Below, piece by piece: positions 61,594-64,000 of a DNA stretch of 64,000 bases (the stretch's first letter is position 1; each line of letters starts with the position of its first letter). Below the pieces are notes generated by a model that had not been told where the DNA came from, ran no database searches, and saw only the letters and a list, made by a program, of their open reading frames with translations. The DNA is from Caecitellus pseudoparvulus (taxonomy: Eukaryota > Protista > Bigyra: Bicosoecida): assembly GCA_965644315.1 (NCBI GenBank), contig CBFFRQ010000089.1, forward strand, positions 248,001 to 312,000. The letters are read 5' to 3'. The position numbers were made by a program, and so were the translations under genes.

Positions 61594-63960
61594 CTAGCGG
61601 CGAGTTGGTGTGCGTGACCTGGATCGAGACCGGCTGGGCGACTGCCCAACGACCAACTGGGCACTGGCCCCCCGAAACAAGCCTGGGTGCGGGGCTGTAG
61701 GAGAGCTTGCAGGGCCCTTTCCGGGGCCACCGCCTCCTCCCGCCACCCCACTGGTGTCAGTGGTTGGCTTGGCAGGGGGGGGGGCACCGTCACTCGGCTT
61801 GGGGAGGGGTGCCGTAAAACGCTTTACACTGCGCTTGCCTTGTGAGAACGCTCGGAGCAGTCGATCCCCAACACTTGGCCCGCTGTCGCCACCGCCTGCC
61901 GAGGCGGAGGGCGAATCTGCGGGCTTTGAACCTTGCGTAGGCTGTGCCGCTGGTGCTGCGGCCTTGGGCACGGGGGCTGGGAGACTCTCTGAGTCAGCCT
62001 TGAGGGGGGAGCTGACCTTGGGCCGCGCTGTAGAGACAGGTGACGCCAGAGCCGCCGGCTCGTGGGGGGCCGAGGTATCCGCTTTTCCTGCGGAATCCTT
62101 CTGCGGTTTGTGCTTCGGTTCCCTTGCGGGAGGTTCAGGTGCTACAGATGTGTCTGGCAGCGACACCCGCACTGCACTTGCCGGGAGGGCTGCTGCTCGT
62201 CGAGGGGGTGGGGAGCCCACAGACTCGAACTCCTCGTCTTTCTGCTGTTGCTTCTCCTTTTCCTTCGGCTGTTGGTCGTGCTGCTGCTGTGGGGGCGGCA
62301 AATCCTTTGCCGCCTCTCGTGCCTGGTGAGGTTGGGCAGGGGGTGGTGTCTTTCGTGCCGGCACTGCTGCCAGACGGGGAGGGCGAGGGGGCGTTTGCCG
62401 GCGCGGACGCCGCACAGCAGCAGTTGCTTGCTCAGGCTGTGGCACAGGGGGGCGGTCCTGCACTCCTCCTCCCTCTGAGGGGCTGGAGCGGGGGGGCGGT
62501 GCTTGGTGCAGCGGGGGGGGTGCCACGCGGGCCGGGGGGGGTGTCAGACTCGGTTTGGCACGCTCCTGCCGTTGGGCGACACTGCCCGGCGCGGGACTTG
62601 CTCTCTTCCCTGTGCTGGCCAGTGGAGACCTGTGCTGCTGAGGCTGGGTCTGAGGCTGAGGCTGAGGCTGGGGCTGGGTCTGAGGCTGAGGCTGAGGCTG
62701 AGGCTGAGGCTGAGGCTGAGGCTGGGTCTGTGCCTTCGGCTTGGGCTGGGGCTGTGCCTTGGACCGACTTGAGTCCGCCTCGCTGGCCTTGCTGGAGGTC
62801 GCGGCGGCTGGTGATGGAACTTGTCGACGGGGCGGCGAGAGGGGGGCGGGGGCCAAGTGGCCGCTGGACCGCGATCGGCGCAGGGAGCCTGTCCCGGGTC
62901 GGCGTTTGGGTTGCCCCCACTCATCCATGTCGTCCACGTCACTGTCGTCCGAGCTGGATGACGTTGACTCGGCTGCCTGCACGGCGTGGGGCACAAAGGC
63001 AGGCTGTGTCCCAGGACTGGACGACCTCAGATCGTGCTGGTTCAGCTGCGAGAAACGCCGCGAGGGCGTCAGCCCAGCCCGTTCAGGGGCCGGTGGTTCC
63101 TTGCCAGTTGTCTGTGGCTGCGTGCTCGATGGAAGGTAAGCAGGAGAAGCCTGCGCGTCAGACTTGCCAGCAAGTGGCCGGGACACGTCAGGGTCCTGCT
63201 GCGAATGCGATGCCCTCTTGGTCGCAGGCTTGATAAGCCCCGCCAGGGGTGCCTGTGCCGTGGGCTGTCTGCTCTGGGCAGGCGAGGCACTGCGCTGCGC
63301 GGCGGGGGAGGCTGCCCTGCCCTTGCTACTGCCGATGGAGTTGGATGACGGGAAACGCACTAGCACAGGCATGTCGGCCTCCTCCTCCACGGAAGGCGTC
63401 ACCTTGACGGGTGTGGAGCGCTGTCGGGGCAAGTGGGGGCTGCTGGCCCTGCGCTGGAGGGGCTGCGGGGGGGACAGTGCCGATCCTCTGGAGCTGTGCC
63501 GCAAGGTGCCTGGCTGCTGCGCCAGTAACGGGCTCGCTGCAGTGTGTGTTCGGGGTGGTGGCGTTCGTGCGCTGTCCTGTGCTTTTGGTTTTGGCGCAGG
63601 TGGCGGCGATCTGGAATCGCGCGCACTCGAAATTATTGGGCCTGGTTGGGCTTTCGCCAATGGCTTCGGTGCGGGTTTGGCTGCGCTCGACGAAAAGTGG
63701 TGCTGCGGTGCCGTGGAGCGTTCTTGTATGTCTTGCTGCCGAGCAGGGCTGTGCTCACGCTGCGGAGGCACGGCGTGCACCACAGTCACAGGGCTGCTGC
63801 TGTGCCCTGATGTTGCTGCTCGGGGTGGCTTCCCAGTAGAAGGTGAGGGTGCTCCTTTACCGCTGGTTGCAGTTCCTTCAAATGGATCAGGTCCTTCATG
63901 GGTGCCGCGTTTCGCTGTCTGCTGTTGGGCAGGCTTGGTGGCCGGTTCGCCTTGGGCCAC
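61594..63960 (-). CDS. Last exon of a Pro/Ser/Ala/Gln-rich low-complexity protein; 5' part lies beyond the window
   Basis: The 788-codon frame is preceded by an acceptor-like tttccag at 63961. It contains a (QP)n tract and ends SRSRSRSRTPTRR. No folded domain is visible. Confidence 0.65.
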   Translation of the reverse strand: MAQGEPATKPAQQQTAKRGTHEGPDPFEGTATSGKGAPSPSTGKPPRAATSGHSSSPVTVVHAVPPQREHSPARQQDIQERSTAPQHHFSSSAAKPAPKPLAKAQPGPIISSARDSRSPPPAPKPKAQDSARTPPPRTHTAASPLLAQQPGTLRHSSRGSALSPPQPLQRRASSPHLPRQRSTPVKVTPSVEEEADMPVLVRFPSSNSIGSSKGRAASPAAQRSASPAQSRQPTAQAPLAGLIKPATKRASHSQQDPDVSRPLAGKSDAQASPAYLPSSTQPQTTGKEPPAPERAGLTPSRRFSQLNQHDLRSSSPGTQPAFVPHAVQAAESTSSSSDDSDVDDMDEWGQPKRRPGTGSLRRSRSSGHLAPAPLSPPRRQVPSPAAATSSKASEADSSRSKAQPQPKPKAQTQPQPQPQPQPQPQPQTQPQPQPQPQTQPQQHRSPLASTGKRASPAPGSVAQRQERAKPSLTPPPARVAPPPLHQAPPPRSSPSEGGGVQDRPPVPQPEQATAAVRRPRRQTPPRPPRLAAVPARKTPPPAQPHQAREAAKDLPPPQQQHDQQPKEKEKQQQKDEEFESVGSPPPRRAAALPASAVRVSLPDTSVAPEPPAREPKHKPQKDSAGKADTSAPHEPAALASPVSTARPKVSSPLKADSESLPAPVPKAAAPAAQPTQGSKPADSPSASAGGGDSGPSVGDRLLRAFSQGKRSVKRFTAPLPKPSDGAPPPAKPTTDTSGVAGGGGGPGKGPASSPTAPHPGLFRGASAQLVVGQSPSRSRSRSRTPTRR
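62638..62730. repeat. Coding hexanucleotide microsatellite (CTGAGG)n, encoding (QP)n on the minus strand
   Basis: About 15 tandem ctgagg/ctgggt/ctgggg units are directly visible. Confidence 0.9.
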
Positions 63961-64000
63961 CTGGAAACTACGTGACGAACGAGATGACGGGGAGCGCTTC

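Noticed and set aside
62638-62730. Regular repeat considered as a CRISPR or telomere-like array
   Set aside because: It has no spacers and is an in-frame (QP)n coding microsatellite.

Overview
GC-rich, gene-dense eukaryotic (protist-like) nuclear DNA. It has short GT-AG spliceosomal introns (72-311 nt), no operons and no recognisable mobile element or RNA gene. I support about 14 protein-coding genes. Several were rebuilt by hand across introns that the ORF track misses. In order: a REX1-B-like protein; a large ankyrin protein; a ~4,987-aa surface protein (signal peptide, bacterial-type N-terminal domain, ~8 pairs of pilin/DUF11-like Ig repeats, EGF, TSP1, 1+8 TM); a beta-propeller + 8TM protein; a tandem double aquaporin; a cytochrome-b5 desaturase; an HSF factor; a divergent Rab7-like GTPase; a small HHEL-tailed ER protein; two kelch-BTB genes with a methyltransferase between them; a hypothetical protein; SepSecS; and a partial low-complexity gene. 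The most striking structure is at 37.7-57.8 kb. Two ~2,800-aa head-to-head paralogues each combine a split NADAR/YbiA-like domain, kelch repeats and two BTB domains. They share three near-identical, in-frame inverted blocks (648, 504 and 1,959 bp) separated by strongly diverged segments, and they flank a membrane-anchored methyltransferase gene. This could be a gene-conversion or flip-flop diversification locus. All domain calls are by motif recognition by eye; no searches were run.
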